Shown here piece by piece: positions 45,287-56,200 of a stretch of 64,000 nt of DNA; the stretch's first letter is position 1, and each line of letters starts with the position of its first letter. Source of the DNA: an uncultured Chryseobacterium sp. (GTDB lineage Bacteria > Bacteroidota > Bacteroidia > UBA10329); assembly GCA_964500205.1 (NCBI GenBank), contig CAZCNS010000003.1, forward strand, positions 62,606 to 126,605, read 5' to 3'. The translations under genes and the position numbers were made by a program. Below the pieces are notes generated by a model. The model searched no databases and was not told where the DNA came from. It saw only the letters and a list, made by a program, of their open reading frames with translations.

Positions 45287-48200
45287 TCAGCGAATCAGCG
45301 TGACATAGCCAGCGTGATCCACTCCGTTCAGTCGGGAAATGTAGTAATAAGTTCCGTCATCCACGATGTTGCCCGCCTTGGTGCGCCCGTCCCAGCAATG
45401 GCCTTGCCCGCCAGTTGACTCGAAGATCATTGCACCCCATCGGTTATATACCACCAGGCTGTAGCAATCGCTGAATTTCCCATCGAACCCGGGGCGGAAG
45501 CAGTCGTTCAGACCGTCTCCGTTAGGGGTGAAAATGGTGGTGTAAACCACGTCAATGGTGTCGTTGCCGAACCACTGCCCTGTGAAGTCGATGGTAAGCG
45601 TATCCGAGCAGAGACCGTCATTGTTGAAGGCTGTGAGCGTGACGATGCTGCCCGGCCCAGGCTGGTACGTGTGCGTCACGTTCAGCATGTCGCTCTCTGT
45701 TCCGTCACCGAGGTCCCAAGCGTAGGTATCGGCATTCTGCGATTCGTTGATGAACTGGGCGAAAATGCCGTCACAGCTCGGCAGGAAGGTAGGGGAGAAG
45801 CCCGCAACTGGCACTGTCAGCACTTCCACGGTCACCTCGTCCGTGTCATTGCAGCCCGTTTCGCTGGTCATAGTCACGGTGTAGGTGGTGGTCTCAGTCG
45901 GACTGAGGAGCGGTCCGGCACCGGTCGGGTCGCTCACCCCCGTGGTCGGTGTCCAGCTGAAAGTGGTGCCACCGAGCGCAAGTGCTGGGAAGCTCTCTCC
46001 CTGGCAGATGGTGCCGCCTGGCCCGGCAGATGCGGTGAACAGGCTGACGAAGACCTCGTCCGTGCCGGTGCAGCCGTTGGCATCCGTACCGGTCACGGTG
46101 TAGGTGGTCGGGTTCTGTGGCGATGCGGTGGGCGATGCGCTCTGTGGGTCGCTGAGCCCTGTGCTCGGTGTCCAAGCGTAGCTCACGCCCCCGGTGGCAT
46201 TCAGAACAAGGTTTCCCCCGATGCAGATCACACTGTCCGCCCCTGCGCTGATGGTCGGCAGCGGGTTCACGGTCACCTGCATCTGGTCGGTGGCGGTGCA
46301 GTTGTTGGCATCTGTCACTGTCACAGTATAGGTAGTGTTCTCATCCGGGCTCGAAGTGGGCTGCTGGGCGTTAGTGTCGTTGAGAAAGGTGGCGGGTGAC
46401 CATTGGTAACTCACACCACCCGCGCCCTGCAACGTGGTGCTTCCTCCAGCGCACACCTGTCGGTCCGGGCCTGCGCTGACTTGTGGAAGCTGATTCACTG
46501 TAAGGGTCATCTGGTCCGTTGCGGTGCAGCCGATGGCATCCTGTACCTGAAGGGTGTAGGTGGTGGTCACAGTTGGTGTCACGTTGGTGGTAGGCGATGT
46601 GGCATCCTCCAGTCCGAGTGGCGGGAACCACTGGTAAACCGTTCCTCCAGAGCCCTGCATCCCGTAGCTGCCACCGATGCAGATGGACATGTCAGGCCCA
46701 GCACTTGCAGCAGGCAGCGAATTCACGTCAATTTGCACACTTGCCGTGCTAAAACAAAGCGTGCTGAAAGAGATGTCGTCAATACCGAAGTCGTTGCCGC
46801 CTGTAATGGTGTTCTGATTCAAGATGCAGATGACTGCCTGTGTGGCATTACCTGAGTTCCACGTTTGAAAGAACTGGTTCCAGTTGTTCAGATTGAAAGG
46901 CGCGGTGAACGGTGCGCCCATCGTCTGCCCGTTAATGGAGAACTGCAGGATGGCAGGGTTGTTCGCCACTACAGAGCTGACCCATGCACCGAAGAAATAT
47001 TCGGTGTTCGGGGTAACGGAGATGGTCTGGCACCAGACATCCAGCCCTGCGGTACTCGATCCATTGACAACAAGGAAGAGGTCGTCTGGGGCATTGCCCG
47101 TGTGCCCCGTTCCTACGAAAGCGGGATGCACTGAGCTGGCATCTGCCACCACGCTGTAGCGCGACTCTGGTATCAGGTCATTCGAGAAGGTGTAGTCACT
47201 GGTGAAGCCCACGTTGCCCTGCGTGAAGTCACCGTTGGTCACAAGGTTGCCCGATGGCTGGCCCACGGTCACGGTGTAGGTGGTCGATGCCGTTGGCGTG
47301 GCTACAGGCGTGGCGATGTTCGGGTTGCTCAGACCATCGGCCGGAGACCATTGATAAGAAGTGCCTCCGGTCGCTGTCAGGTTCACACTCTGCCCGGGGC
47401 AGATGGTCGTGTCCGGCCCTGCTGTGACCTGCGGCAGGTCGAGCTGCCACACAGAAACGGTGGCCGTGTTAACGCATCCGAACTGGTCGGTGCCGGTCAC
47501 GGTGAAGGTCATCGTGTCCTGAAGGAAGGTGACCAGCGGGTTGCCGATGTTCGGGTTGCTGAGGCCCAGCGCGGGTGTCCAAACATAACTCACCCCTCCA
47601 GTGGCGCTGAGCTGTGCGTCAGTGCCTACGCATACGCCTTGGTTGAAACCGGCCGATATGGTGGGCAGAGGAGAAACGGTGACGGTCACCTCATCTGAGC
47701 CGATGCAGCCGTTGGCGTCCGTTCCGCTCACAGTATAGGTGGTGGTCTGCGCGGGCGAGGCCACTGGATTGGCGATGTCTGTGGCACTGAGTCCGTCCGA
47801 GGGAGTCCATGTGTAATCCACCGCGCCTGTGGCAATGAGTTGTGTGCTTTCCCCGATGCATACCACCGCATCGGCAGGTGCGGTGATTAGCGGGTCGGCC
47901 ACGGTCACAGTCACCGTGCCAGTGGTAACGCAGCCATCAGCATTCGTCACGGTCACAGTGTAGCTTGTCGTTGAAGATGGCGAAGCGGTAGGTGTGGCAG
48001 AGGTCGCGTCATCGAGCGATACGGCAGGAGTCCATAGATAGCTCACACCACCCGATGCGCTGATGGTCACGCTTCCGCCTGGGCAGATGGTCTCGTCTGG
48101 TCCTGTCTGTGCGTCTCCGTCCCCGAAAATGCTGAGGGTCATCTGGTCGGTATTCGAGCAGCCCACCGCATCCGTCACAGTCAGCGTGTAAGCGGTGTTC

Positions 48201-49546
48201 TGCGAGACCGTTGCTGTGGGTTGCGCCAATGCGGCATCGTCAAGACCGGTGGCCGGTGACCATAGGTAGGTGAGACCGGGAATCCCTGGTGTGCCTATCA
48301 GCTCCGATCCGCCCGGGCACACACCGAGGTCGCTGCCTGCATCAGCGGTAACAGGCGGCTGGATCGTGATGGTCTGCACCGTGGTGTCTGTGCAGAGCGG
48401 ATCGTTCGGGTTCTCGGGGTTGAAAACGATGAGTGTGAGGTCATACTGACCAGGCCCGGGGTAGGTGTAAGAGGTGTTTGGCCCGGTCGCCCCGGCCAAC
48501 GGGTCAGTGGGGTCCCCGAAGTTCCAGATGACGTTGAACCCGCTTGAGTTCTGCGCGGTCAAATCCACGAACGGGGTGCAGTTGGTGAAGGGGAACTGCG
48601 CACTTACGGCATTGATGTCGGTAGGCGTGGCGATGGGAGCCTGGCAGTTGACTACACTCACCTGAAACTCGCGCTTGGTCTCGCCCAGCAGAATGCCGTT
48701 GCGGTACTCCTGCACGCACATGCCGATGAGGTAGGTGCCCTGAGTGCCCGGGCTGGCACTGATCTGTCCGGTCACGGGGTCGATGGTAAATGGAACCGCC
48801 CCTCCGAGCATGTCATTCTGAGAGAACGGAGGCGCCCAGACTATAGGCGTGAAGGGCGGGGGAGCAGGCGGGTTGGGTGCGGGGTTATTGAAGCTGCCCC
48901 CTTCAAAAGGGGTACAAATGTTATATACCAGCGAATCGCCATCTATGTCGGTGGCCGACTGGTCGAAGGTGAAGGGAAGGCCTGCACAAATGAAAAGGGG
49001 CGGCACTTCATTCCAAATAGGATTGCTGTTCTGTGGCAATGACTCGCTGCCAGGAATCGTGGCAACGAAAGTGGCACCCACTGAACCGGGATTCTCCACG
49101 TTCTGCACGATGCCATTGCGGCAGCAACGCTGGTATGCGATGGTGTATCCCCCCGGGATGGGTGGCAGCGTGACAATGACCGTATAGTAACCCACATCGG
49201 TACAGACATTGGTCGGGGCGGTCACGCAAGAGGAGTTAATGGTGGATTGAAGCACCGTCACCGAGTCCAGTGTTGCTGAGATATTCTGCACCAGACCACC
49301 ATTGGAGTTGAAGATGCCAATGCTGGCAGGATTGTCGAACGGGGCCTGACCACCGAGACAGTCGCGATACACCGTCATGGTGATAGCGTACTGGTCATTG
49401 CCCAGATTGACATAGTTCAGCTCACCTCCCACGATGTGGGTTGCCCAGCTCGCCTGCGGAATGAACAACAGCACTGTAGATACAAGAATCAGGAGGTTGT
49501 TTCTCACACGGTTGGGGATTGTTGAGTGATGAAGTTCACAATGCAA
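45287..49546 (-). CDS. Giant secreted repeat protein (1419 aa) with a T9SS type-B C-terminal domain
   Basis: Signal/TM N-terminus. Multiple Ig-like repeats (…YTVTVTDANGC…). C-terminal …FTPNGDGLNDCFRPGF…VYNRWGAMIFES…CWDGR…DGTYYY…. Confidence 0.85.
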   Translation of the reverse strand: MHCELHHSTIPNRVRNNLLILVSTVLLFIPQASWATHIVGGELNYVNLGNDQYAITMTVYRDCLGGQAPFDNPASIGIFNSNGGLVQNISATLDSVTVLQSTINSSCVTAPTNVCTDVGYYTVIVTLPPIPGGYTIAYQRCCRNGIVQNVENPGSVGATFVATIPGSESLPQNSNPIWNEVPPLFICAGLPFTFDQSATDIDGDSLVYNICTPFEGGSFNNPAPNPPAPPPFTPIVWAPPFSQNDMLGGAVPFTIDPVTGQISASPGTQGTYLIGMCVQEYRNGILLGETKREFQVSVVNCQAPIATPTDINAVSAQFPFTNCTPFVDLTAQNSSGFNVIWNFGDPTDPLAGATGPNTSYTYPGPGQYDLTLIVFNPENPNDPLCTDTTVQTITIQPPVTADAGSDLGVCPGGSELIGTPGIPGLTYLWSPATGLDDAALAQPTATVSQNTAYTLTVTDAVGCSNTDQMTLSIFGDGDAQTGPDETICPGGSVTISASGGVSYLWTPAVSLDDATSATPTASPSSTTSYTVTVTNADGCVTTGTVTVTVADPLITAPADAVVCIGESTQLIATGAVDYTWTPSDGLSATDIANPVASPAQTTTYTVSGTDANGCIGSDEVTVTVSPLPTISAGFNQGVCVGTDAQLSATGGVSYVWTPALGLSNPNIGNPLVTFLQDTMTFTVTGTDQFGCVNTATVSVWQLDLPQVTAGPDTTICPGQSVNLTATGGTSYQWSPADGLSNPNIATPVATPTASTTYTVTVGQPSGNLVTNGDFTQGNVGFTSDYTFSNDLIPESRYSVVADASSVHPAFVGTGHTGNAPDDLFLVVNGSSTAGLDVWCQTISVTPNTEYFFGAWVSSVVANNPAILQFSINGQTMGAPFTAPFNLNNWNQFFQTWNSGNATQAVICILNQNTITGGNDFGIDDISFSTLCFSTASVQIDVNSLPAASAGPDMSICIGGSYGMQGSGGTVYQWFPPLGLEDATSPTTNVTPTVTTTYTLQVQDAIGCTATDQMTLTVNQLPQVSAGPDRQVCAGGSTTLQGAGGVSYQWSPATFLNDTNAQQPTSSPDENTTYTVTVTDANNCTATDQMQVTVNPLPTISAGADSVICIGGNLVLNATGGVSYAWTPSTGLSDPQSASPTASPQNPTTYTVTGTDANGCTGTDEVFVSLFTASAGPGGTICQGESFPALALGGTTFSWTPTTGVSDPTGAGPLLSPTETTTYTVTMTSETGCNDTDEVTVEVLTVPVAGFSPTFLPSCDGIFAQFINESQNADTYAWDLGDGTESDMLNVTHTYQPGPGSIVTLTAFNNDGLCSDTLTIDFTGQWFGNDTIDVVYTTIFTPNGDGLNDCFRPGFDGKFSDCYSLVVYNRWGAMIFESTGGQGHCWDGRTKAGNIVDDGTYYYISRLNGVDHAGYVTLIR

Positions 49547-49679
49547 AAAAAGGTAAACCGATCCAGCTTTGAGGGCTTATGTTCCACTTTAGATGCCTAA
49601 AGTATCAGACTTACCAAAGGGCCCATCAAAAAAACGGCTCCTTTTCAGAGCCGCTTTCGAAAACGTGAAAGTTTCATGG

Positions 49680-51173
49680 TCAGTCGATCACCCGATACTT
49701 GTGTACCCAGGCATCGGGCACATCTGCTTTTCGGGTGGAGCGCATCTCCTTGCGGGCATCCTTCTCATTGCCGAATCGCTTGGAGTACAGGTAGTACCAC
49801 TTGCGCTCGCTGTCATACACGATGATGGCCTCGCGTCCTTTCTCTTGCCAAAGCTTCACGCCACGTTGGGCGTTCTCTGCACTTCTGAATGACTCGATGA
49901 CCACGTACCACCCGGCCTGCAGCGGTGTGCTCTCCAGTTCGGTGGTGCCATCTTCGCGCTGAATGGCCCGTATCTCCTGCAACAGACCTTCGAGCTGTGT
50001 GCTGTCTATCTTCACGTTCTCCAGTTCCTCGATTTCCTTGGCAAGGCGGTCGATATCCTTTTGGATACGGTTGAGGTCCTCGTCCCTTATCTGTTGGATA
50101 TTGCCGGCCAGCGAGTCCATCTTCGCATTGAGGGCCGTCTGAAGGCTGTCGAGGATGTCGAGCACCTCTCCGCGTTCCTGGTCCATCTCATCCATGCGGT
50201 CCTCCAGCTTCTTGAAACGCTTCTTGAAACCATCGAGATGGAACGAGACCATGATCTCGTTGCTCCACGGGTTGCCCCATGTGTTGCCGTCTATGTTGTT
50301 GAGCGAGAAGTCGTAGGCGTAGGCAAAGCTGAACTTATCTGCGATGCGGAAGCCGATGCCTGCCACCGGGCCGGTCTCTGCGCGCCACATCACCGAGCCC
50401 CATACGATGCGCTTGTAGCCGATCTTCACCGCAGCATCCCACGACACAGGTGCATCCGGCAGCCAGCGCACCATTCCCATGGGCACGATGTTGATGTTCT
50501 TGATCATGTAATCGTAAGTGGCGTAGAACCGGTAGTGCCGGGTTATATCGTGGCGGAAATCCACATCGCTACTCTTGAACTGTCCAAGGTTCTCCAGCAT
50601 GTTGGGCACGGCCGCGCCCACTTCCAGACCTTTCCAATGATAGCGGATCCCGGCATCCAACGCCAAGGTGGTGTTGCCTACGTTGCCATTGGCAAGAATG
50701 ATGTCTGTGGGGTCCTCCACAATGGCATCGTTAAGGTTGAACTGCACACTGTGTACCCCTGCCGATATCCCGAGCGATATGTAATGCTCCTTGGTGAGGC
50801 GGATGTTGTGCGCGTAGGCCAACTGCACGTTCAGTGTGCTGATGAGGTCGGTCTGGTCATAGACCACGCCACCGCCTATGTTGGTGTTCTTGCCCAAGGG
50901 TGCGTGCAGGTTGAGCCATCCGGTGGTAGGGGAGCCTTTCATGCCCGCCCATTGATTGCGGAAGTTCAGGTGACCGACCAGACCGTCCTCATAGCCCGCA
51001 GCGGCCGGGTTGATCATGAACCTGTTCTGAAAGTACAGGCTGGACATGGGCAGCTGCTGCGCCATGGCGACCGATGCCACGTTCATCAGCATCAGCATCG
51101 ACAACAGACCCTTCGTGTAGCAATATCTCATCTTCGGCAGATTAAGCGTTGGATTAGTGGAGTTCTGTGGCAT
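49680..51173 (-). CDS. PorP/SprF-family T9SS outer-membrane protein fused to a C-terminal coiled-coil plus SPOR domain (start probably MRYCYTKG… about 51131)
   Basis: …QQLPMSSLYFQNRFMINPAAAGYEDGLVGHLNFRNQWAGMKGSPTT… is the PorP/SprF signature. The C-terminal …WYVVIESFRSAENAQRGVKLWQEKGREAIIVYDSERKWYYLY… is SPOR-like. Confidence 0.85.
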   Translation of the reverse strand: MPQNSTNPTLNLPKMRYCYTKGLLSMLMLMNVASVAMAQQLPMSSLYFQNRFMINPAAAGYEDGLVGHLNFRNQWAGMKGSPTTGWLNLHAPLGKNTNIGGGVVYDQTDLISTLNVQLAYAHNIRLTKEHYISLGISAGVHSVQFNLNDAIVEDPTDIILANGNVGNTTLALDAGIRYHWKGLEVGAAVPNMLENLGQFKSSDVDFRHDITRHYRFYATYDYMIKNINIVPMGMVRWLPDAPVSWDAAVKIGYKRIVWGSVMWRAETGPVAGIGFRIADKFSFAYAYDFSLNNIDGNTWGNPWSNEIMVSFHLDGFKKRFKKLEDRMDEMDQERGEVLDILDSLQTALNAKMDSLAGNIQQIRDEDLNRIQKDIDRLAKEIEELENVKIDSTQLEGLLQEIRAIQREDGTTELESTPLQAGWYVVIESFRSAENAQRGVKLWQEKGREAIIVYDSERKWYYLYSKRFGNEKDARKEMRSTRKADVPDAWVHKYRVID

Positions 51174-53260
51174 CAGCGTTGATCCCTTAGAATAGTAACC
51201 GAGCCGTCAAACCGCTCTTTGATACCATCACACTCGATGATATAGAAGTAGGCCCCTTCGGGCAGCGGACTGTCCTTGTAGGTGCCCTCCCAGTCGTTGA
51301 GGTACGGTTTGGCGGAGAAGACCTCATTGCCATATCGGTTGAAGACCTGAACCTTGCAGTCTGCATATTCTTCTATGTTACCTACATAAAACCGCTCGTT
51401 CTTGCCGTCACCGTTGGGTGTGAAAAGATTCACAGGCTTGAGGTTGTAATCCATCAGCACGAAGACCTGCACCTCAAGGGAGCTTTCGCAGCCATTGCCG
51501 TCTGTTCCGGTCGCGGTATAGGTGATGTCTGAGGTGGGAGAGCTCACAGGGCTTTCGGAGAAAGGATTGTCCAAGAAGGTGTCGGAGGTCCAGACGAAAC
51601 TGCCGGCCCCAGTTACTATCAGTTGCACGCTTTCGCCTAAGCTGATGGTAGTGTCGGCAGTGATGGTGAGCACCGGCAGCGGGTTCACGGTCACAGCGAT
51701 GTCCTCATGCCCACGGCAACCATTGCCATCTATGATGGTGGCGGTGTAGATGCCCGAAGTGGAAACGGTGATGGTCTTGGTCAGTTCGCCCGTGCTCCAG
51801 AGGGTGGTGACCCCTTCAGGGTTCACGTCCAGCACCACAGAACCGCCATCGCAGAACTCCAGCGGGCCATTTGCGCTGATAACTGGCTTGGGAAGATCCC
51901 ACACGTTGACAAGTTGGGAGATGGTATCGCGGCATCCGTCAGTGCTGTACGCGATCAGAGACACGTTGTAGCCGCCTGGTGCGATGTAGCCGTGAAAGGG
52001 ATTGGTGGCAACGCTCACATTGGCATCATCGAAGTTCCAGAGGAAGCTTTGGATGGTGCCCCCGTTGGGTGTTGATGTGTTGCCGAACGAGCTCTGCTCA
52101 CCGATGCACACCTCTGTGAAGGTGAAGTTGGCGGTTGGTGCGGGTCTTACTGTCACTTCTTGCGTCAGGGAGGCCACACAGCCGAAGGAGGTGGTCCCCG
52201 TCAGAGTTACGGGGAAAGTCCCGCTGTTCTGAAAGGTGAATGATGGCGCGGTTTGCTGTGACGAACCGAACGCCCCGAAAGCCCACTGGTAATTGATGGT
52301 GCCCACCACATTGCCCGTGAAATTGTTGAACTGCACAGGCTCAGCTTGACAGACGGTGTTGTAGCTGAAGTTGATGTAAGGGTAGGGGGCAATGGTCACC
52401 AGTTGGAAGGTATCTGCCACGCAACCTTGGTCGGAGGTCACGCGAAGACCGATCTGGTAATTGCCATCACTGATGAACTGCTGCGTCACGGTGACCTCAT
52501 CTGCATCATCAAAAAGACCGTTGCCATTGAGTTCCCAAGCGTAGCTGGTGATCTGTCCACCGTCCACATTGGCGGTGGCGGTCAATACGGTCTCATCTCC
52601 AAGGCAGACATTCTGGGCCGAAAGCGACACGGTGGGCTGGGGGTCCACCACCACAGTCTCGGTGGTGGTGCTCACACATCCTTGGTCGCTCACCACGCGC
52701 AGCCCTACGATATGCGGGCCTACATCCGCGAACAGATGGCTGATGCTCACACCCTCTGAATCATCGAACTGGCCATCGTTATCGAGGTCCCATTGATGCA
52801 AGACCATCTCTCCTGACGAGATGGTCGAAGTACTGGTGAGCTGCATCAGTTCGCTCTTGCACACATTAGGGGCTGTGATGTCTGCCAATGGAGCAGGGTT
52901 CACATTCACCAGCTTGTAGCGTACCACCACGCTGCCCTGGTCCGTTGTGATGCGCAGCCCAATCTGAAAAGTCCCCGAATTCGGGAAAGTGTAGTTGACC
53001 ACTGGCCCTGTCTCATCACCGAAAATCCCATTTGCATCCAAATCCCATTCCCAAAGCACAATCGTTTCTCCACCAGATGCCGCGCTGGTGCTGGAGAAGG
53101 TGCTCTGAGCACCGAAGCAGACCGCATCTGCCGTGAAGTCTGCCGTGTTGGCATGAGTGGTCATCGCAAGCAGCCAGAGGCTGAGAACGGATAATGGTCG
53201 CAAAATCATTTTCATGCTAAAGGTCATTAATGAGGAAAGGCCCGAAAGGACGATCATCAA
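51173..53260 (-). CDS. PKD-repeat secreted protein with a T9SS type-B C-terminal domain
   Basis: Repeated …WDLD.NG.F.D……Y.F…G…V.L.V… PKD modules. C-terminal …FTPNGDGKNERFYV……VFNRYGNEVFS…YFYI…. It overlaps the downstream porP/sprF-like gene. Confidence 0.85.
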   Translation of the reverse strand: MMIVLSGLSSLMTFSMKMILRPLSVLSLWLLAMTTHANTADFTADAVCFGAQSTFSSTSAASGGETIVLWEWDLDANGIFGDETGPVVNYTFPNSGTFQIGLRITTDQGSVVVRYKLVNVNPAPLADITAPNVCKSELMQLTSTSTISSGEMVLHQWDLDNDGQFDDSEGVSISHLFADVGPHIVGLRVVSDQGCVSTTTETVVVDPQPTVSLSAQNVCLGDETVLTATANVDGGQITSYAWELNGNGLFDDADEVTVTQQFISDGNYQIGLRVTSDQGCVADTFQLVTIAPYPYINFSYNTVCQAEPVQFNNFTGNVVGTINYQWAFGAFGSSQQTAPSFTFQNSGTFPVTLTGTTSFGCVASLTQEVTVRPAPTANFTFTEVCIGEQSSFGNTSTPNGGTIQSFLWNFDDANVSVATNPFHGYIAPGGYNVSLIAYSTDGCRDTISQLVNVWDLPKPVISANGPLEFCDGGSVVLDVNPEGVTTLWSTGELTKTITVSTSGIYTATIIDGNGCRGHEDIAVTVNPLPVLTITADTTISLGESVQLIVTGAGSFVWTSDTFLDNPFSESPVSSPTSDITYTATGTDGNGCESSLEVQVFVLMDYNLKPVNLFTPNGDGKNERFYVGNIEEYADCKVQVFNRYGNEVFSAKPYLNDWEGTYKDSPLPEGAYFYIIECDGIKERFDGSVTILRDQR

Positions 53261-56200
53261 CGGACAATGGTGAATCTCGCCAACGAGCGCTCTGATGCCG
53301 AATGGAGGGTGAGGATGTACATGCCCTGTCCCAGTGCTGAGACATCAAGCACTATCCGACCCTGGGCTTTGACGGTTGAAACAGCCACAGACATCACCCG
53401 CTGTCCTGCGATGGAGTGTATCTCCAGCATCCCCTCACCACTGAAGCCGCTTCCGGGGACCACATGGAGCAGGTCGCTTGCCGGGTTGGGATAGGGCGAT
53501 GGCATCGTGCCTTCTGGATCATCCATACCGATGGTCAGCGTGTTCACGGTGCGTGTCCGAGTGCGTGTGCCGCAGTCATTGGTAGCAGCAAGTGTAGCCG
53601 TGTAGAAACCGGGCACTGCATAGAAATGTACAGGACTGAACTCTGTACTTGAAATCCCGTCACCGAATGTCCACAGGTAAGAGTCTGCGAACTGAGAGGT
53701 GTTGTTGAAGAACACCGCTTCTCCAGAGAGCACCCAGTTGAATTCGGGCTCAGGTATGGGGTAAAGGAATGGAAGTGTGACCTCTGTGCTCACGGTGCAT
53801 CCGTTGGCATCGGCCATTTCCAGAATGTAAGTGCCGTTGGTGAGCTCGGAGAATGTCCCTAAGGACTGAGGAAGGCCACCACTGAGAGAGAAGGTGAAAC
53901 CTCCGACCCCGCCATCTCCCGAAGCCTCGATCTGCCCCGTGAAGGTGCCAGAACATTCTACGCCCACAATATTGTTCACGGTGAGCTCAAGCGCAGGCGG
54001 TGCGGTCAGCAAGAGGGTCTCAGAGGCTACGCAGCCATTGGCGTCCCTTACCGTTACTGTGACCTCACCCACACCGAGCCCGATGATGATGGAGGGCGTC
54101 TGGAAATTGATGCCGTCCACACTGTACTGATAGCCGTCTCCAGGAGTTCCACCATTGGCAACTATCGTCACGGATCCATTGGTTGAAAGACCGCACGTAG
54201 GATCGCTTACCAGTGTTTGAGAGATGGTCACAGGTGCAGCAGGTGCGGTAACCTCAACAGTGGTCTGCGCCTGACAGCCATTGATGTCCTGTACGAAGTA
54301 GTTGTAGGTTCCGGCTGCCAGTCCGCTGAAGGTCGGGGAGCCTTGAAAGACCACACCGTTAGCAGAATACGCGTAGGTAGGCGTGCCTCCATCTGCCGAC
54401 AAGGTTACGGAGCCAGTGGCGTCACCCGTGCAGAGCACTGGAGAGGAGCTGCCAGAGAGACTGATGGCCGCTTGAGGCTGGGAGACAGTTGCGGATTCAG
54501 ACACCTCGCAGCCGTTGGCATCGCGCACGATCAGCGTGTAAGTTCCCGCTGCAAGCGATGTCACGCTGGCCTGTGTGGTGAAAGAGTTCCCTCCGTTGAA
54601 AGAGTAGGTATAGGGCGTTGTGCCACCGCTTGCCGTAATGGTTGCCGTGCCAGTGCTTTGGCCGAAGCACAGCACAGGCGCTGTGGTAGTGCTGATGGCC
54701 ACCTGCGTGGGCTGGGTCACGTTCACAGACACCGAGGCGAGGCAGTTGTTCGCATCCCGGGCCGTCAAGGTGTAGCTGCCTGCCACCAAGCCATTGAACT
54801 GGCCGCTGCCTTGGAATGCGGACCCGTCCAAGCTGTACTGATAGGGTCCTGTGCCCGAGGCGGCTGCAACCTGAACCGTGCCGTTTGGCTGGCTATTGCA
54901 AAGAGCATTGGTGCTGCCCACTACTGAGACCTGAAGCACTCCCGGCTGGGTGATGGTTACGTTGAGTGGGGTCTCGCAGCCGTTGGCATCGCGCACCACG
55001 ATGGTCTTCTGACCGGCCGATAGGCCAGTGAAGGTATTCGACTCACCGAAGAAACCGCCTTCGATGTTATACAAGTAAGGTTGGGTACCTCCGGCAGCTA
55101 TTACGTTCACCGAGCCTGAATTGTCACCGTTACAGAGTAGATTGCTTGATGCGGCAAGTTGTAGGGTCAATACGGCAGGCTCTTCAATGGTGTAAAACTG
55201 TGTGGACTCACTGCAACCATTGGCATCTACTGCTTCTACGAAATAATCCCCCGCTTCAAGCCCTGTGAAAAGGCCGCTGGACTGGAAAGCCCCTCCAGAA
55301 AGGGAATAGGTGTAGGGCGCGGTTCCTCCGTTGGCGGCTATCTCCAGTGCTCCGGTGCTGTTTCCGTTGCAGGTGAGGTTGGTAAAGGTGGGTTCTTCTA
55401 CCGACACTGGGGCAGAGGGCTGGCTTACCGTTACGGTTCCGGTTCCTTCGCATCCGAACTCGTCCACCACATCCACGGTGTAGCTGCCAGAAGCAATGCC
55501 ATTGAACAGGAATTGATTGGTCACCGCTGCGCCACCGTTGATACTTACATCCCAGAAATCGGCAACAGGCGGGATGGGCTGCACAAAGATGCTACCGGTG
55601 GTTCCACCGAAACAGAGGGCAGCAGTGGGTTCAAGCGTGAACTGTGGGTTACGGTAAACCTCAACTTGCTGCGAGAGGCTTGCCACGCATGATTGTGGGG
55701 AGGTCACCGTCAGTGTCACAGTATAGAATCCTTCTGCGGCATAAGTTTTTGTTGGATTCGCGAGTACCGAGGAGTTATTATCTCCGAAATCCCAGGAATA
55801 GCTTCCGGCAGACGAACCGTTGGTGAAGGCAATGGATGCACCAGCGCATGCGTCATCAAAATCAAATGCCACGGTTGGAAGTCCGATCACGTTGACAGCG
55901 TTGCTGACCGAGGACTGACAGCCACCTGGTGCGGTCACGGTAAGCGTGGTGGTGTAAGTGCCGCTGGCAGCGTAGGTGTATGAAGGATTCTGGTCGGTAG
56001 ATGTTTCACCGTCACCGAAGCTCCAAGCATAGGAGAGGCCCGTGCCGAAGCTCAGGTCATTGAATTGGGTGGCGTTGCCCTCGCAAACAGAGCTGGAGCT
56101 GAACTGCGCCTGAGGGAGCGCACTCACCGTTGCAGTCTTCTGAATGGTGTTGGTGCATCCGTTGTCTGTGGTAGCGGTCAGGGTCACGGTGAAGATGCCG

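Noticed and set aside
40857-46855. Plus-strand ORFs of 100-340 aa inside the T9SS giants (e.g. 41660-42685, 43181-43897, 44027-44875, 45671-46399)
   Set aside because: Same antisense artefact. The minus-strand frames show coherent repeat architecture and T9SS C-terminal domains.
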